A stretch of 64,000 nucleotides of DNA, from positions 72,489 through 136,488 of the forward strand of contig CAWCTR010000022.1 in the NCBI GenBank assembly GCA_963798485.1, written 5' to 3'. The first letter of the stretch is position 1, and every line of letters starts with the position of its first letter. The stretch is from an uncultured delta proteobacterium. GTDB lineage: Bacteria; Desulfobacterota; Desulfomonilia; UBA1062. Both the position numbers and the translations under genes were made by a program. Of this stretch, positions 21,925 to 31,717 are shown one piece after another. A model generated the notes under the pieces. It made no database searches. It saw only the letters and a list, made by a program, of their open reading frames with translations, and was not told the DNA's origin.

Positions 21925-22450
21925 AGATCGCAAGGTTCAGAACATGCTTCGCACTCTTTTGCGAGATGATCCGGGCTAACTCAAAGGGTTGTGCGAGTTC
22001 AGGCGTGCCGGCGGTAAAAAGGTAATACAGCCTCCCTCTTGGTTTGAGGATCTTCAGACAGACATCTACTAAAGTGCTCAGAGGTGAAAACGACCGGGCG
22101 AGGAGGGCATCGAATCGCCCGATATCATCATGGAGGGGGTCATTGGGGAGGATCTCCACACCAGTAAGATTAAGTGATTCGATTGTATGCTGCAAGAAGG
22201 TGCATTTCTTGACGGATCGCTCAATCAGGCAGATATGCGAGTCCGGATGGAGGATTTTATACGGGATTGCAGGAAGCCCTGATCCTGAGCCAAGATCGGC
22301 AAGGACAGGTTCTTCTATCCGCCTGAGCAGCGGCAGCATGACTTCAAGCTCATCTCCAATCCCTCTAAGCATGGAAGGCCCCATCAGATGGAGCTTGTCG
22401 TTATAACGCCTCAACTCACTGATCCATGTGTTAAGCTTCTCGTCCATCAT
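21908..22450 (-). CDS. rsmG: 16S rRNA m7G527 methyltransferase RsmG
   Basis: DLGSGSGLPAIP SAM motif, IERSVKKCTFL and ARSF; lies directly after mnmE. Confidence 0.85.
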   Translation of the reverse strand: MMDEKLNTWISELRRYNDKLHLMGPSMLRGIGDELEVMLPLLRRIEEPVLADLGSGSGLPAIPYKILHPDSHICLIERSVKKCTFLQHTIESLNLTGVEILPNDPLHDDIGRFDALLARSFSPLSTLVDVCLKILKPRGRLYYLFTAGTPELAQPFELARIISQKSAKHVLNLAIFNRLA

Positions 22451-23757
22451 TTCCCGATGCAGAAACGGGAGAATATCCGCTCAAGGATGTCTTCATCAGC
22501 GGTCTCGCCGGTCATTTGCCTGAGATGATCCAATGCATGCTTCAGATCGATAGTGAGCACATCCGGGGTTAAACCTTCCCGGATGGTCTTCAGGCAGGAG
22601 TTAAGGCTGTCAAGGGCCTTGCCAAGGAGATATGCGTGCCTGTCCAAGAACACCAACGGCTGGTCGTGGGGGAATGCCCTCCTCATGGCGGTTAACAATT
22701 CGTCAAGGCCGTGAGCGAATTTTGCCGAGATGCATACTGTATCATACCCCGGGGCAGGATTAACCGCTCCTTCAACAAGATCCTTCTTATTCATTACCAC
22801 GATAGTCTTGTCCGCCAGGTCCAGCCACTGTCTTTCATGGGGTTTGATCCCTTCACGGGCGTCCACTACATAAAGGACAAGGTTTGATGACTTCAAGGTC
22901 TCAATGGTCTTTTCCACCCCGATCCGTTCAGGTCCTGATGTAGTTTCCCTGATTCCGGCGGTGTCGTGGAATACGAAGTCTATGCCGTCCAGATTCAGAT
23001 GCTCGCTGATGACATCCCGGGTCGTTCCTTCCTCGTGGTGAACAATGGCCCTGTTATATCCAAGGATAGCGTTGAAGAGCGATGACTTGCCCACATTGGG
23101 CAGGCCTGCAATGGTTGTTACAAGACCTTCATAGATCCCCTTGGCCTCTGTAGCGTCCTTGAGAAGCCCTGAGATCCGTGACGTGATATCGGTAAGCTTC
23201 TCGATCAGTACATCTTGCCGGATGGATTCATCCTCAATGATAAAAGATGCCTCAATATCCGCGAGAAGCCCCATGATAACCTCGACTATAGCCTTGATCC
23301 GGCCTGAAAGCTCGCCTTTCAGCAGTGCATGCGCCATCTCGCAGCCTGCAGGGCTTGAAGAGCCGATCAGTGCGCCGACGGCCTCGGCCTGGACCAGGTC
23401 CATCTTGTGGTTTAAAAAGGCCCTCCTGGTGAATTCTCCCTTCTGCGCCAGGCGCGCAAGGCCGGTCGATGAGATCGTTCCCATGATACTGTTTACCACC
23501 AGCGGGTTGCCGTGGCAGCTTATTTCGGCCAGGTCTTCTCCGGTATATGAGTCGGGGCCGGGGTGGAACACGATCATAGTCTGGTCTATGACAGCACCCT
23601 TGCTATCTTTAATGAGTTCGAGGGACTGGGTGTGGGGCGCACGCTTATGGCTCGGAGAGATCCTTATAATAATATCGCGGGTATGCACTCCGCTTATACG
23701 GATAATGCTGATGGCGCCGTGACCTCGTGGGGTCGACTCGGCATAGATGGTGTCTAT
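22447..23757 (-). CDS. mnmE: tRNA modification GTPase MnmE
   Basis: SYTGED, GEFTRRAFLN, GLPNVGKSS, GTTRD, DTAG and C-terminal FCIGK. The conserved N-terminal DTIYAESTP.G.GAI.IIR.SG lies upstream of the track's GTG (23688), giving a probable ATA start at 23757. Confidence 0.93.
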   Translation of the reverse strand: MDTIYAESTPRGHGAISIIRISGVHTRDIIIRISPSHKRAPHTQSLELIKDSKGAVIDQTMIVFHPGPDSYTGEDLAEISCHGNPLVVNSIMGTISSTGLARLAQKGEFTRRAFLNHKMDLVQAEAVGALIGSSSPAGCEMAHALLKGELSGRIKAIVEVIMGLLADIEASFIIEDESIRQDVLIEKLTDITSRISGLLKDATEAKGIYEGLVTTIAGLPNVGKSSLFNAILGYNRAIVHHEEGTTRDVISEHLNLDGIDFVFHDTAGIRETTSGPERIGVEKTIETLKSSNLVLYVVDAREGIKPHERQWLDLADKTIVVMNKKDLVEGAVNPAPGYDTVCISAKFAHGLDELLTAMRRAFPHDQPLVFLDRHAYLLGKALDSLNSCLKTIREGLTPDVLTIDLKHALDHLRQMTGETADEDILERIFSRFCIGK

Positions 23758-24494
23758 TACCGTCTCGATGCCTTCCTCGGTACAATGATCACCTTTTTAT
23801 AAATACCCTCGCCTATACTCTTGGTAGAAAGCCCGTTCTCGTTCTTGAGGGCAAGATGGATGATCCTGCGGTCATAGGGGTTCATCTTTTCCAGAGAGAT
23901 GGCCTGGCTGGTGCGCTTGGCCTTTTGCCCCATCCGGAGTGCCATGGACTTGAGATAGTTCACATGCCTTTGGCGGTACCCTTCCGTGTCCAGGGTGATA
24001 AACACCGGTTCGGGCCTCGACTTGTTGACGATCCGGTTGAGGAGGAACTGCAAAGAATCCAGCGTTTGTCCGCGTTTGCCTATTATCAGCCCGGAACCGT
24101 CACCCATGATCTCCAGGAGACCTTCTTCGCTGATCTTTACCTCGCCGGGCATGTTCATCAGCCTCAAGAGGTCACTGACGACCCCCTGGGCTTCGAGAAG
24201 TATTTCCTGCGATGGCGCCTGGGATTCGCTACGAGGTTCCCGCTTAGGCTCTGTAGAAGCTGCCGGGGCTGTTTTAATCTCCTCATCGATGATTCTTTTG
24301 GATTTTGAGCCGGCCTTTCCATGCCTGACCCGTATCTTGGCGGTTTTGGTCCCAACGATGCCGAACAGACCCTTGGAGCCCTCGGAGACGACCTTGATGT
24401 CGAGGTCTTCGAAATCGGCATGTAAGGTCTTCATGGCAAGGATAACGGCCTCGTCTACGGTCTTGGCTTCAAATTCTCGGTAATCCTCTTCCAT
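23757..24494 (-). CDS. jag: RNA-binding protein Jag/EloR (KH + R3H)
   Basis: AKTVDEA, GLFG, IIGKRGQTLDSLQ and MNPYDRRIIH. Confidence 0.93.
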   Translation of the reverse strand: MEEDYREFEAKTVDEAVILAMKTLHADFEDLDIKVVSEGSKGLFGIVGTKTAKIRVRHGKAGSKSKRIIDEEIKTAPAASTEPKREPRSESQAPSQEILLEAQGVVSDLLRLMNMPGEVKISEEGLLEIMGDGSGLIIGKRGQTLDSLQFLLNRIVNKSRPEPVFITLDTEGYRQRHVNYLKSMALRMGQKAKRTSQAISLEKMNPYDRRIIHLALKNENGLSTKSIGEGIYKKVIIVPRKASRR

Positions 24495-24503
24495 TCTTCT
24501 CTC

Positions 24504-26096
24504 CTATGCGTGTTTCCTGTTTATGTAGGCCTGCTGGGCAATCGAGAGGATATTGCTTACAAGCCAGTATATGACCAGGCCGGAGGGGAAGTTCAGGAAC
24601 ATGAAGGTAAAGACAACCGGCATAATGAGCATGATCTTCTGCTGGGTAGGGTCGCCGGTTGTAGGCGTCATCTTCTGCATTAAAAACTGGCTCGCCCCCA
24701 TGAGGATCGGGGTGATGTAGTAGGGATCGCTGGCTGAAAGGTCGGGGAGCCATGTGCCGAAAATATGGAACGGGGTGTGTCTGAGTTCGATGGCCTGGTA
24801 GAACAACCGGTAAAGGGCAAAGAGGATGGGGATCTGCAGGAGCATTGGCAGGCACCCGCCCATGGGATTGATCTTGTGCTCCTTGTAGAGCCGCATGAGC
24901 TCCTGGTTCAGCTTCTGCTTGTCGTCCTTGTACTGCTGCTGGATTTCCTTCATGAGCGGCTGGATCTTCTGGAGCTCCTTCATGGAGGTGAAGCTCTTGA
25001 GCGTTAAGGGATAGAGCAGTATCTTGATCATGATGGTCAGGATGATGATGGTCCATCCATAGCTCCCCACGGATTTATGGATCCAGTTCATGGCGAAGAG
25101 CAGCGGCTTGGCGATGATATCGAAGAAACCGAAATCCAGGGCCTTGTTCAAATTGTAACCGACGGCCTCTAAAGGTTTCAGCTCCTTAGGGCCCAGGAAG
25201 ATGAGGTTGTCCTTGATCAGGGATGAACCGGCGGCAATAGTGGCTGGTGCATAGGCGTAGTGGAGTTCCACTTTCGCCTCGCTGGTACGCCTGATGATGA
25301 GCGTGGTGCTTGAAGGTGTCTTGGGAATAACGGCCTGGAGGAAGTACTTGTCCTCAAATCCGAACCACTGGATCTCGCCGGCAAAATCCCTATAGCTCCC
25401 GATTGTTTTAACCTTGTCCAGCTTGAATTCCTCAAGGTGCTTGCCGTATAGCAAGACCGGGCCTTCAAAGGCGTATCCGCCCCGTTTCTCATCGACCGGA
25501 TAGGTTTTATCGAACAGGAGTTCTTCCGAGATGGCAGTAGGGGATGAGGTATGGTTCTCGATAACGGCCTGGTACCCCATCAGATAGGTCTTGGGGTCTA
25601 GGGTGAAAACCTTTTTCAGGGTTATGCCTGGCGATGCCTGGCTACTGAACTCAATGACCTGTGGTTTGTCGGCAAGTGTTATGGTTGCCTGCAGGGATGA
25701 TTCATACACAAGGCCGGCATCCGAGAACCCTCCTGAAAGCAGAATATTCGGCATGGGTGCCTTGATGATCTCCACCGGCATTGCATCCTTGGCCATGGTG
25801 GTCAGGTATTTCTTCAATTTCAGAGAGACGAGCTGGGCGCCTTTGGTGTTGAATGTGGCAGTATACAGGGGTGTATCTATGATGATGGCTTTGCCTGCCT
25901 TGTCCGCGGTTTGCGGGGCTGCAGCAGAGGAGGCATCCAGGGGTTTGGGCGCCAGCGCCGGCTGGCTTGGCGCAGCAGCCTGGGGTGCCGGCTTCGGCTC
26001 CGGTGCGGTTTTTATCTTTGTCTGGTCAAACAGTATGCCCCAGCCGAACAGAATGGCCATTGATAAAACGATGGCAAGCAGGGTCCTTTTTTCCAT
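24504..26096 (-). CDS. yidC: Membrane protein insertase YidC
   Basis: DFGFF, NPMGGCLPMLLQIP, WLPDLS.DPYY and FPSGLVIYW. Confidence 0.97.
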   Translation of the reverse strand: MEKRTLLAIVLSMAILFGWGILFDQTKIKTAPEPKPAPQAAAPSQPALAPKPLDASSAAAPQTADKAGKAIIIDTPLYTATFNTKGAQLVSLKLKKYLTTMAKDAMPVEIIKAPMPNILLSGGFSDAGLVYESSLQATITLADKPQVIEFSSQASPGITLKKVFTLDPKTYLMGYQAVIENHTSSPTAISEELLFDKTYPVDEKRGGYAFEGPVLLYGKHLEEFKLDKVKTIGSYRDFAGEIQWFGFEDKYFLQAVIPKTPSSTTLIIRRTSEAKVELHYAYAPATIAAGSSLIKDNLIFLGPKELKPLEAVGYNLNKALDFGFFDIIAKPLLFAMNWIHKSVGSYGWTIIILTIMIKILLYPLTLKSFTSMKELQKIQPLMKEIQQQYKDDKQKLNQELMRLYKEHKINPMGGCLPMLLQIPILFALYRLFYQAIELRHTPFHIFGTWLPDLSASDPYYITPILMGASQFLMQKMTPTTGDPTQQKIMLIMPVVFTFMFLNFPSGLVIYWLVSNILSIAQQAYINRKHA

Positions 26097-26120
26097 TTCG
26101 TCTTCATCTCCAGATAAGTA

Positions 26121-26330
26121 TTACACAGGATCGAATCCGCCTTTGTGAAACGGGTTGCAGCGAAGCACCCTCCATGCCGCCTTCAGGAGACCTCGTACAG
26201 GGCCGTGCTTGGCAATGGCCTGTGCTGCATATTCAGAGCAGCTTGGATAAAATCTGCACGAAGGCCTGAACATCGGGGAGATAACCTTCTGGTAGAGACG
26301 TATCAGTGTAATGAGTAAGGCTTTTCCCAT
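26121..26330 (-). CDS. yidD: Membrane protein insertion efficiency factor YidD
   Basis: [10 protein letters not shown] and [13 protein letters not shown]. Confidence 0.95.
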   Translation of the reverse strand: MGKALLITLIRLYQKVISPMFRPSCRFYPSCSEYAAQAIAKHGPVRGLLKAAWRVLRCNPFHKGGFDPV

Positions 26331-26671
26331 GTGTAAGATCCAATGGCCTTTGTTAACTCCCCAATGAGGTCGTGGTAACCGGTGTCCGCCATGCCGTTTT
26401 TTGCGATCAGGATATAATCATGGCCTTGAGGAAACAGATGTTTGTTTCTTCTGTATATCTCTCGCAAGAGCCTTTTTACCCTGTTTCTAACGACCGCGTC
26501 CCCGATTTTCTTGCTCGCAGTTAATCCAACACGAACGCGGGGCAGATCGTTTGGAGCAGCGAGGATGACCAGGTGTTTGGTGACCAGTCTCGCAACCTTG
26601 TTCTTCTCAGCCCGTTTGAATTCAATCCGTTTTCTCAGCCGCTCAGCTCGGGGGAATTTCTCGTCCGGCAT
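26303..26671 (-). CDS. rnpA: Ribonuclease P protein component
   Basis: RNR motif [19 protein letters not shown]. Confidence 0.95.
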   Translation of the reverse strand: MPDEKFPRAERLRKRIEFKRAEKNKVARLVTKHLVILAAPNDLPRVRVGLTASKKIGDAVVRNRVKRLLREIYRRNKHLFPQGHDYILIAKNGMADTGYHDLIGELTKAIGSYTWEKPYSLH

Positions 26672-26805
26672 CAGACTGACAGACGTTTCCTTCCCTTGGC
26701 CCTCCTCCGGTTGATGACGAGCCTTCCACCCTTGGTGCGCATACGAATCAGGAATCCGTGCGTACGTTTCCGCCTTGTATTGTGCGGTTGAAATGTGCGC
26801 TTCAT
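26671..26805 (-). CDS. rpmH: 50S ribosomal protein L34 (44 aa, below the ORF-track cutoff)
   Basis: Manual translation gives [44 protein letters not shown]. Confidence 0.97.
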   Translation of the reverse strand: MKRTFQPHNTRRKRTHGFLIRMRTKGGRLVINRRRAKGRKRLSV

Positions 26806-26841
26806 GAATTACCTCAATTTCTTATAGTTTTGAGCGGTAAG

Positions 26842-26870
26842 TATTTACATGCAGGGTAGGCCAATGTCAA
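26842..26870 (-). promoter_or_regulatory. Putative sigma-70 promoter of the rpmH operon
   Basis: TTGACA-17 nt-TAAATA on the minus strand. Confidence 0.5.
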
Positions 26871-26935
26871 GCAACAAAAGGCCCCCCTAGCCTTCTCCTT
26901 GTCAGACACCGCCTTTGTACGCTATAGCTCAAATC

Positions 26936-27604
26936 ATGCAAAAAGTGTTTTGCAAACGCGAGGTGACCAATGGTCTGGACAGGGGCCCTTATGCTGTGGC
27001 AGCCAGGCTCGCCGAGCTCCTGCCCGGCAGCCGTATTGTCTGCCTGGCGCAGATTCATTCGGACAGGATCGTCAGGGCCGAGGATATAGCCCCCGGGGTA
27101 TTTCCGGAGGCGGACGCGGTCATTTCTCTCGACCCGTCAAAAGTCCTGTGCATCCGCACTGCCGACTGCGTGCCGCTGCTCATGTGGGCCGAGGACGCGC
27201 CGATAATCGCTGCCGTTCATGCCGGATGGAAAGGGCTCGCCAAGGGGATCGTCTCCAAGACGGTGGGTTGCATGCGCGCAGAAGGCGCACAGCATATCCA
27301 TGTGAGCATGGGGCCATGCATAGGGCCGTGCTGCTATGCCGTGGGATCTGAGGTCTTTGCCGCCCTTGAGGCAGTACCTGAACGCACCCTCGATGGGAGA
27401 CCTTCTGTGGATCTGCACCGTGTCGCTACCCTCCAGGCCAAAGACGCAGGCGTATCGCCTGATATGATACACCAGGTGCCGGCCTGCACATGCTGTAACA
27501 GTGACTCATTCTTTTCCTACCGGAGGGAAGGGGAGCATACAGGCAGGAACATCTCGCTTATCGGAGGACAGGCATGCTCGTTGCCGGGCTTACAGGCTCT
27601 ATAG
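26936..27604 (+). CDS. pgeF: Peptidoglycan editing factor / purine nucleoside phosphorylase PgeF (YfiH)
   Basis: QIHS, TADCVP, HAGWKG, GPCIGPCCY.VG and FFSYRR. Confidence 0.9.
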   Translation: MQKVFCKREVTNGLDRGPYAVAARLAELLPGSRIVCLAQIHSDRIVRAEDIAPGVFPEADAVISLDPSKVLCIRTADCVPLLMWAEDAPIIAAVHAGWKGLAKGIVSKTVGCMRAEGAQHIHVSMGPCIGPCCYAVGSEVFAALEAVPERTLDGRPSVDLHRVATLQAKDAGVSPDMIHQVPACTCCNSDSFFSYRREGEHTGRNISLIGGQACSLPGLQAL

Positions 27605-28191
27605 CCACAGGGAAATCCACAGTTTCGGGCATCCTGAAGGAACTTGGCGCATTCATCGTGGATGCAGACCGCGCAGCCCACGAGGTAGTTCTTCCCGGTA
27701 CCAAGGCCTGGAATGAGATCGCGAGGATCTTCGGCAAGGAAATCCTGCAGAAATCCGGTGAGATAGATCGGGAGCGCTTGGGCCGTATCATATTCAACGA
27801 TTCAGCCATGCGGGGCATCCTCGAAGAGGTGGTCCACCCGGAGGTTATGCGGGCCATGGATGAGCAGATCGGCTCCATCAAGTCGGGTTTTCCCGATGCA
27901 GTAGTGATCCTTGACGTACCACTGCTCATCGAGACAGGCATGTACAAGGGGCTCCGTGAGGTCATCGTGGTGTACTGCCCTGAAGACATGCAGATAACTC
28001 GGCTCATGGTCAGGGATAAGATCAGCCGGGAAGAGGCCCTCGCAAAAGTCCGCGCCCAGATATCCATCGAGGAGAAGAGGCGCTATGCAACACTGCTCAT
28101 CGACAACAGCGCTTCAAAGGACAATACCACAAAGCAGGCGAAGAACGCCTATGATCGGTTCAAAGAAAAGGCGGGAGAGGTTAAGGGGTAA
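27574..28191 (+). CDS. coaE: Dephospho-CoA kinase
   Basis: GLTGSIATGKST, DAD and DVPLLIE. Confidence 0.95.
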   Translation: MLVAGLTGSIATGKSTVSGILKELGAFIVDADRAAHEVVLPGTKAWNEIARIFGKEILQKSGEIDRERLGRIIFNDSAMRGILEEVVHPEVMRAMDEQIGSIKSGFPDAVVILDVPLLIETGMYKGLREVIVVYCPEDMQITRLMVRDKISREEALAKVRAQISIEEKRRYATLLIDNSASKDNTTKQAKNAYDRFKEKAGEVKG

Positions 28192-28233
28192 AGGATAGAT
28201 TTTTAGTTTGGCCGAAAAATCGAGGCATCCCTT

Positions 28234-29136
28234 TTATCGCTTGACGGGCTGTTTGGCAGGGGGGGCTACGGTCTTTTTCACCTCTATCGGAGGTTTTGCC
28301 GACAATCCGGCATCCAGGAGTTCTTTGTCAAGATCCGACAATTCATCGGCTTCTATGGCTTCGGCCTTTGGCTGCTCAATATCCTCAGTGGTTATCCCCT
28401 GTGCTGCCATCTCTTTGACGATGAGTGCCTGAAAACTCTTGGCGTCCCTGAAATGCGGATTTATCTCAAGGGCCTTTTTCAGCCATGCCAGGGCATTATT
28501 CCATTCCTTTATGTCATAATATATCCGCACTATATTGAAATAGAGGTGCTCGTCTTTGGGTGAGATGGTAATGGCCTTCTGGTAGTTTGCCAGGGCCTCT
28601 TCCAGCATGTTGGCCTTCCTCAGTTCTATCCCGAACTCATTGAAGATGTGTTTGTTATCCTCTTCGAAGATGGCCTCGACCTCGGAGAGCTTCCTGAACA
28701 CGTCCTTTGCCTTGGCGGTATCACCCATCTCCATGTACAGGGTCCCTATGCCGAAGTTGGCCCTGATGCTTTCGGGGTCTATCTTCAATGCATAGGTATA
28801 TTCGAACTCGGCCGAATAGAGCTCGCCCCGGGCCCTTTGTTTTTCAGCCACGGCAACATGCCGGTCGTGCTCAGCCTCATCTTTTGTCTTTACCCGGTAG
28901 TTGGGTTCAAAGGTATATCGTTTCAGAAACTCGTCATAGGCGATCTCTATGACAATGCCGGTGGGTTTTCCTTCGTTGCCCAGGAAGGTAAGCTTGACCT
29001 TTCCATTATCAATCTGTTCGGCCTGGCAATAGTTTTTCATCTTCTGGGTCTTCTGGGTATGACCGGTCCCCAGGGTAATGGTGGCTTCCTCGAAAAAAAT
29101 CCCTTGGATTTTCCTCACATATTTTGATTGGGCCAT
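28234..29136 (-). CDS. TPR-repeat protein
   Basis: Helical repeats (ALKIDP, FNEFGIELRK, PKDEHLYFN, ALEINP). Confidence 0.8.
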   Translation of the reverse strand: MAQSKYVRKIQGIFFEEATITLGTGHTQKTQKMKNYCQAEQIDNGKVKLTFLGNEGKPTGIVIEIAYDEFLKRYTFEPNYRVKTKDEAEHDRHVAVAEKQRARGELYSAEFEYTYALKIDPESIRANFGIGTLYMEMGDTAKAKDVFRKLSEVEAIFEEDNKHIFNEFGIELRKANMLEEALANYQKAITISPKDEHLYFNIVRIYYDIKEWNNALAWLKKALEINPHFRDAKSFQALIVKEMAAQGITTEDIEQPKAEAIEADELSDLDKELLDAGLSAKPPIEVKKTVAPPAKQPVKR

Positions 29137-29264
29137 ATTTTTTTACTATCGGTTTTTCATGGGGAGAAGTTTACATATAACCATGATCAGAACCGGGTGT
29201 TGACGCATGGGTAGGTAATATGGCAACCCTATGAGGTATCACGTACAGGGTAAGGGGGGGTGTG

Positions 29265-30071
29265 ATGAAACCAATCGGCTTTATCGGCGCAGGCAATATG
29301 GCAGAGGCGATTATCTCCGGACTGATAAAGAAAGCCCTGATAACCCCCCAAGAAATCATGGTATTCGACATCAAACCGGAACGTATGGACCACCTGAGGA
29401 TGGTCTTCGGCATCGAATGTGCCGCATCCGTACAGGGGCTTGTCAACTCGCGGGAGATCATAATCCTGGCCGTCAAGCCCGACCAGATCACGACCCTGCT
29501 GAAAGGCATCAAGGGCTCCCTTGCCGGGAAGCTCATTATCAGCATTGCAGCCGGTGTAACATTAAAAAGCATGCTCGATGTACTGGGCTCAGAGGCCAAG
29601 ATAGTGAGGGTGATGCCCAATACTCCGGCACTGGTGCTCCAAGGCGCCACCGTACTTGCGGCATCATCATCGTGCACGGAGGAGGAAAAAGGGATTGCAA
29701 AGGCGGTCTTCTTCGCTGTGGGTATATGCCTTGAGATGGAAGAGAAATTCATCAATGCGGTCACGGCCCTTTCAGGTTCGGGCCCGGCATTCTGCTTTTT
29801 GTTCCTGGAGGCAATGTGCGATGGGGCGGTAAAGGCCGGTCTGCCGAGAGATGTGGCCTTACAGCTTGCAGCGGCGACCATGAAGGGGGCCGGTGCAATG
29901 GTCCTCGAACTTGGGAAGCACCCGGGCCAGCTCAAGGACATGGTAACCTCTCCTTCAGGCACAACCATAGAGGGGATCTCCGTTCTGGAATCCAAGGGCT
30001 TCCGCTCAGCGGTGATAGAGGCCCTCACCGCTGCCTATAAAAGGGCTGAGGTCATGTCGGGGAAGGGTTGA
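29265..30071 (+). CDS. proC: Pyrroline-5-carboxylate reductase
   Basis: GFIGAGNMA, VRVMPNTP, SGSGPA and VTSPSGTT. Confidence 0.96.
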   Translation: MKPIGFIGAGNMAEAIISGLIKKALITPQEIMVFDIKPERMDHLRMVFGIECAASVQGLVNSREIIILAVKPDQITTLLKGIKGSLAGKLIISIAAGVTLKSMLDVLGSEAKIVRVMPNTPALVLQGATVLAASSSCTEEEKGIAKAVFFAVGICLEMEEKFINAVTALSGSGPAFCFLFLEAMCDGAVKAGLPRDVALQLAAATMKGAGAMVLELGKHPGQLKDMVTSPSGTTIEGISVLESKGFRSAVIEALTAAYKRAEVMSGKG

Positions 30072-30081
30072 TATTCCTTAA

Positions 30082-30735
30082 TTAATACACCTTCGAATTC
30101 TTGATGATCTCCACGGCGTCTTTCGACGAGTCTACAAGGGTAAAGATGGACCTGTCTTCAGGCAGTATCATGCCTTCCTTCAGCATGGTGTCCTCGATCC
30201 ATTCAAGCAGGCCGGCCCAATATTGTGAACCTATCATGATCACCGGGAAGGGCTTGAGCTTGTCGGTCTGGATCAGGGTGAGGGCCTCGAAGAGCTCGTC
30301 CATGGTCCCGAACCCGCCGGGGAAGATGACATAGCTCATGGCATACTTGACGAACATGACCTTGCGCACGAAGAAGTAACGGAAGTTGAGGTGAATGGTG
30401 GTATAGGGATTGGACTTCTGTTCAAAGGGCAGGACGATATTCAGCCCCACTGTCTGCCCTCCGGCCTCATACGCCCCTTTGTTCGCCGCCTCCATGATGC
30501 CCGGGCCGCCGCCTGTTATTACTGAGAATCCTTCATTGGCCAGCATCCGTCCAAGCTCTTCGGCCATGGTATAGTACTTGTCTCCGGGTTTTGACCTGGC
30601 GGAGCCGAAGATGGTGACGGCAGGCTCCAGGGGGGACAGCTGCTCGATGCCGTCCACGAACTCGGCCATGACCCTGAAAACCCTCCACGATTCCTGTGGT
30701 TTGATCTGGTCAATGATATATTTCTCGTTCTTCAT
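30082..30735 (-). CDS. LOG family protein (TIGR00730-like)
   Basis: FGSAR, TGGGPGIMEAAN and PGGFGTMDE. Confidence 0.93.
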   Translation of the reverse strand: MKNEKYIIDQIKPQESWRVFRVMAEFVDGIEQLSPLEPAVTIFGSARSKPGDKYYTMAEELGRMLANEGFSVITGGGPGIMEAANKGAYEAGGQTVGLNIVLPFEQKSNPYTTIHLNFRYFFVRKVMFVKYAMSYVIFPGGFGTMDELFEALTLIQTDKLKPFPVIMIGSQYWAGLLEWIEDTMLKEGMILPEDRSIFTLVDSSKDAVEIIKNSKVY

Positions 30736-30805
30736 TTGTTCGCTCCTTACAAGGATTCACAATCAATTGCCTTATCGGCACCCTGAGTGGTAGGATTTAC
30801 CTGCC

Positions 30806-31678
30806 GTGTACGACCTCCACATCCATACATCACATTCTTCGGACGGGCAATACGGGCCCGGCGAAATCATGCGCATGGCCAGGGCATGCAATCTGACAGG
30901 CCTGGCCTTCACGGATCACATGGACACCTCTGCCGTGGCCGAAGGTATGAGCCTGGCCCCTGCATACGGGCTGAATTTTATTTCCGGTGTGGAGCTCTCG
31001 ACCGTTCTCTATGGCCGGGAATATCACCTCCTGGTCTATGGGTTCGACCCGGATAATGCGATAATAAAAGGATTTCTTGAGCAACACTGCCGGGCCATCT
31101 GGGATAAGGCCATTGAGATACTCAAGGTATTCACTCAGATGGGTTTTGATATCAGGAAGGACGATGTCAAGGCATGGGGCCTCTCGGTGCCAACCGGGGT
31201 GACCTTTCTCAATGCGCTGGTCAAAAGGAACCAAGGGGACAAGAGGCTTCAGGAGTACATCAGTGGGCACAAGGCGTCCTCCCCGTATCTGAACTTTTAT
31301 AAGGATTATGCCCTCAGTGATATCGGAACCATGGTACGCTCCGCCTTGCCCGATCTCATAGAGACCATGCGGCTGCTTAAGGGCTCCGGCGTGTTCATCC
31401 TCGCCCATCCTGATAACACGGATACGGCAATCCTGAAGGAGCTGAAGGGTGAAGGCCTTTGCGGGATCGAGGCCTACAGTACGCATCACACCGAGAGGAC
31501 AATGGAGCACCTTGTGGAAGAGGCCAGGTCGTTGGACCTGATGGTAAGCTCGGGATCCGATTTTCACGGAGAGCTTATCAAGCCGGGCATCGGTCTCGGT
31601 GATTCATCCCTTAAGCCTGATGATGAGCTCATCATTATGCTTCAGGGAAGACAGGGAAATAAGGTGATAGGTTCTTGA
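30806..31678 (+). CDS. PHP-domain phosphoesterase (TrpH/YciV-like)
   Basis: DLHIHTSHSSDG, TDH, GVE, LAHP and GSDFHG. Confidence 0.9.
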   Translation: MYDLHIHTSHSSDGQYGPGEIMRMARACNLTGLAFTDHMDTSAVAEGMSLAPAYGLNFISGVELSTVLYGREYHLLVYGFDPDNAIIKGFLEQHCRAIWDKAIEILKVFTQMGFDIRKDDVKAWGLSVPTGVTFLNALVKRNQGDKRLQEYISGHKASSPYLNFYKDYALSDIGTMVRSALPDLIETMRLLKGSGVFILAHPDNTDTAILKELKGEGLCGIEAYSTHHTERTMEHLVEEARSLDLMVSSGSDFHGELIKPGIGLGDSSLKPDDELIIMLQGRQGNKVIGS

Positions 31679-31717
31679 GTCGGTGCCCTTTACAGACCGT
31701 GTGCGTCCGCCCACATT

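Noticed and set aside
26806-26935. oriC upstream of rpmH
   Set aside because: No dnaA gene, DnaA-box cluster or AT-rich unwinding element is present.
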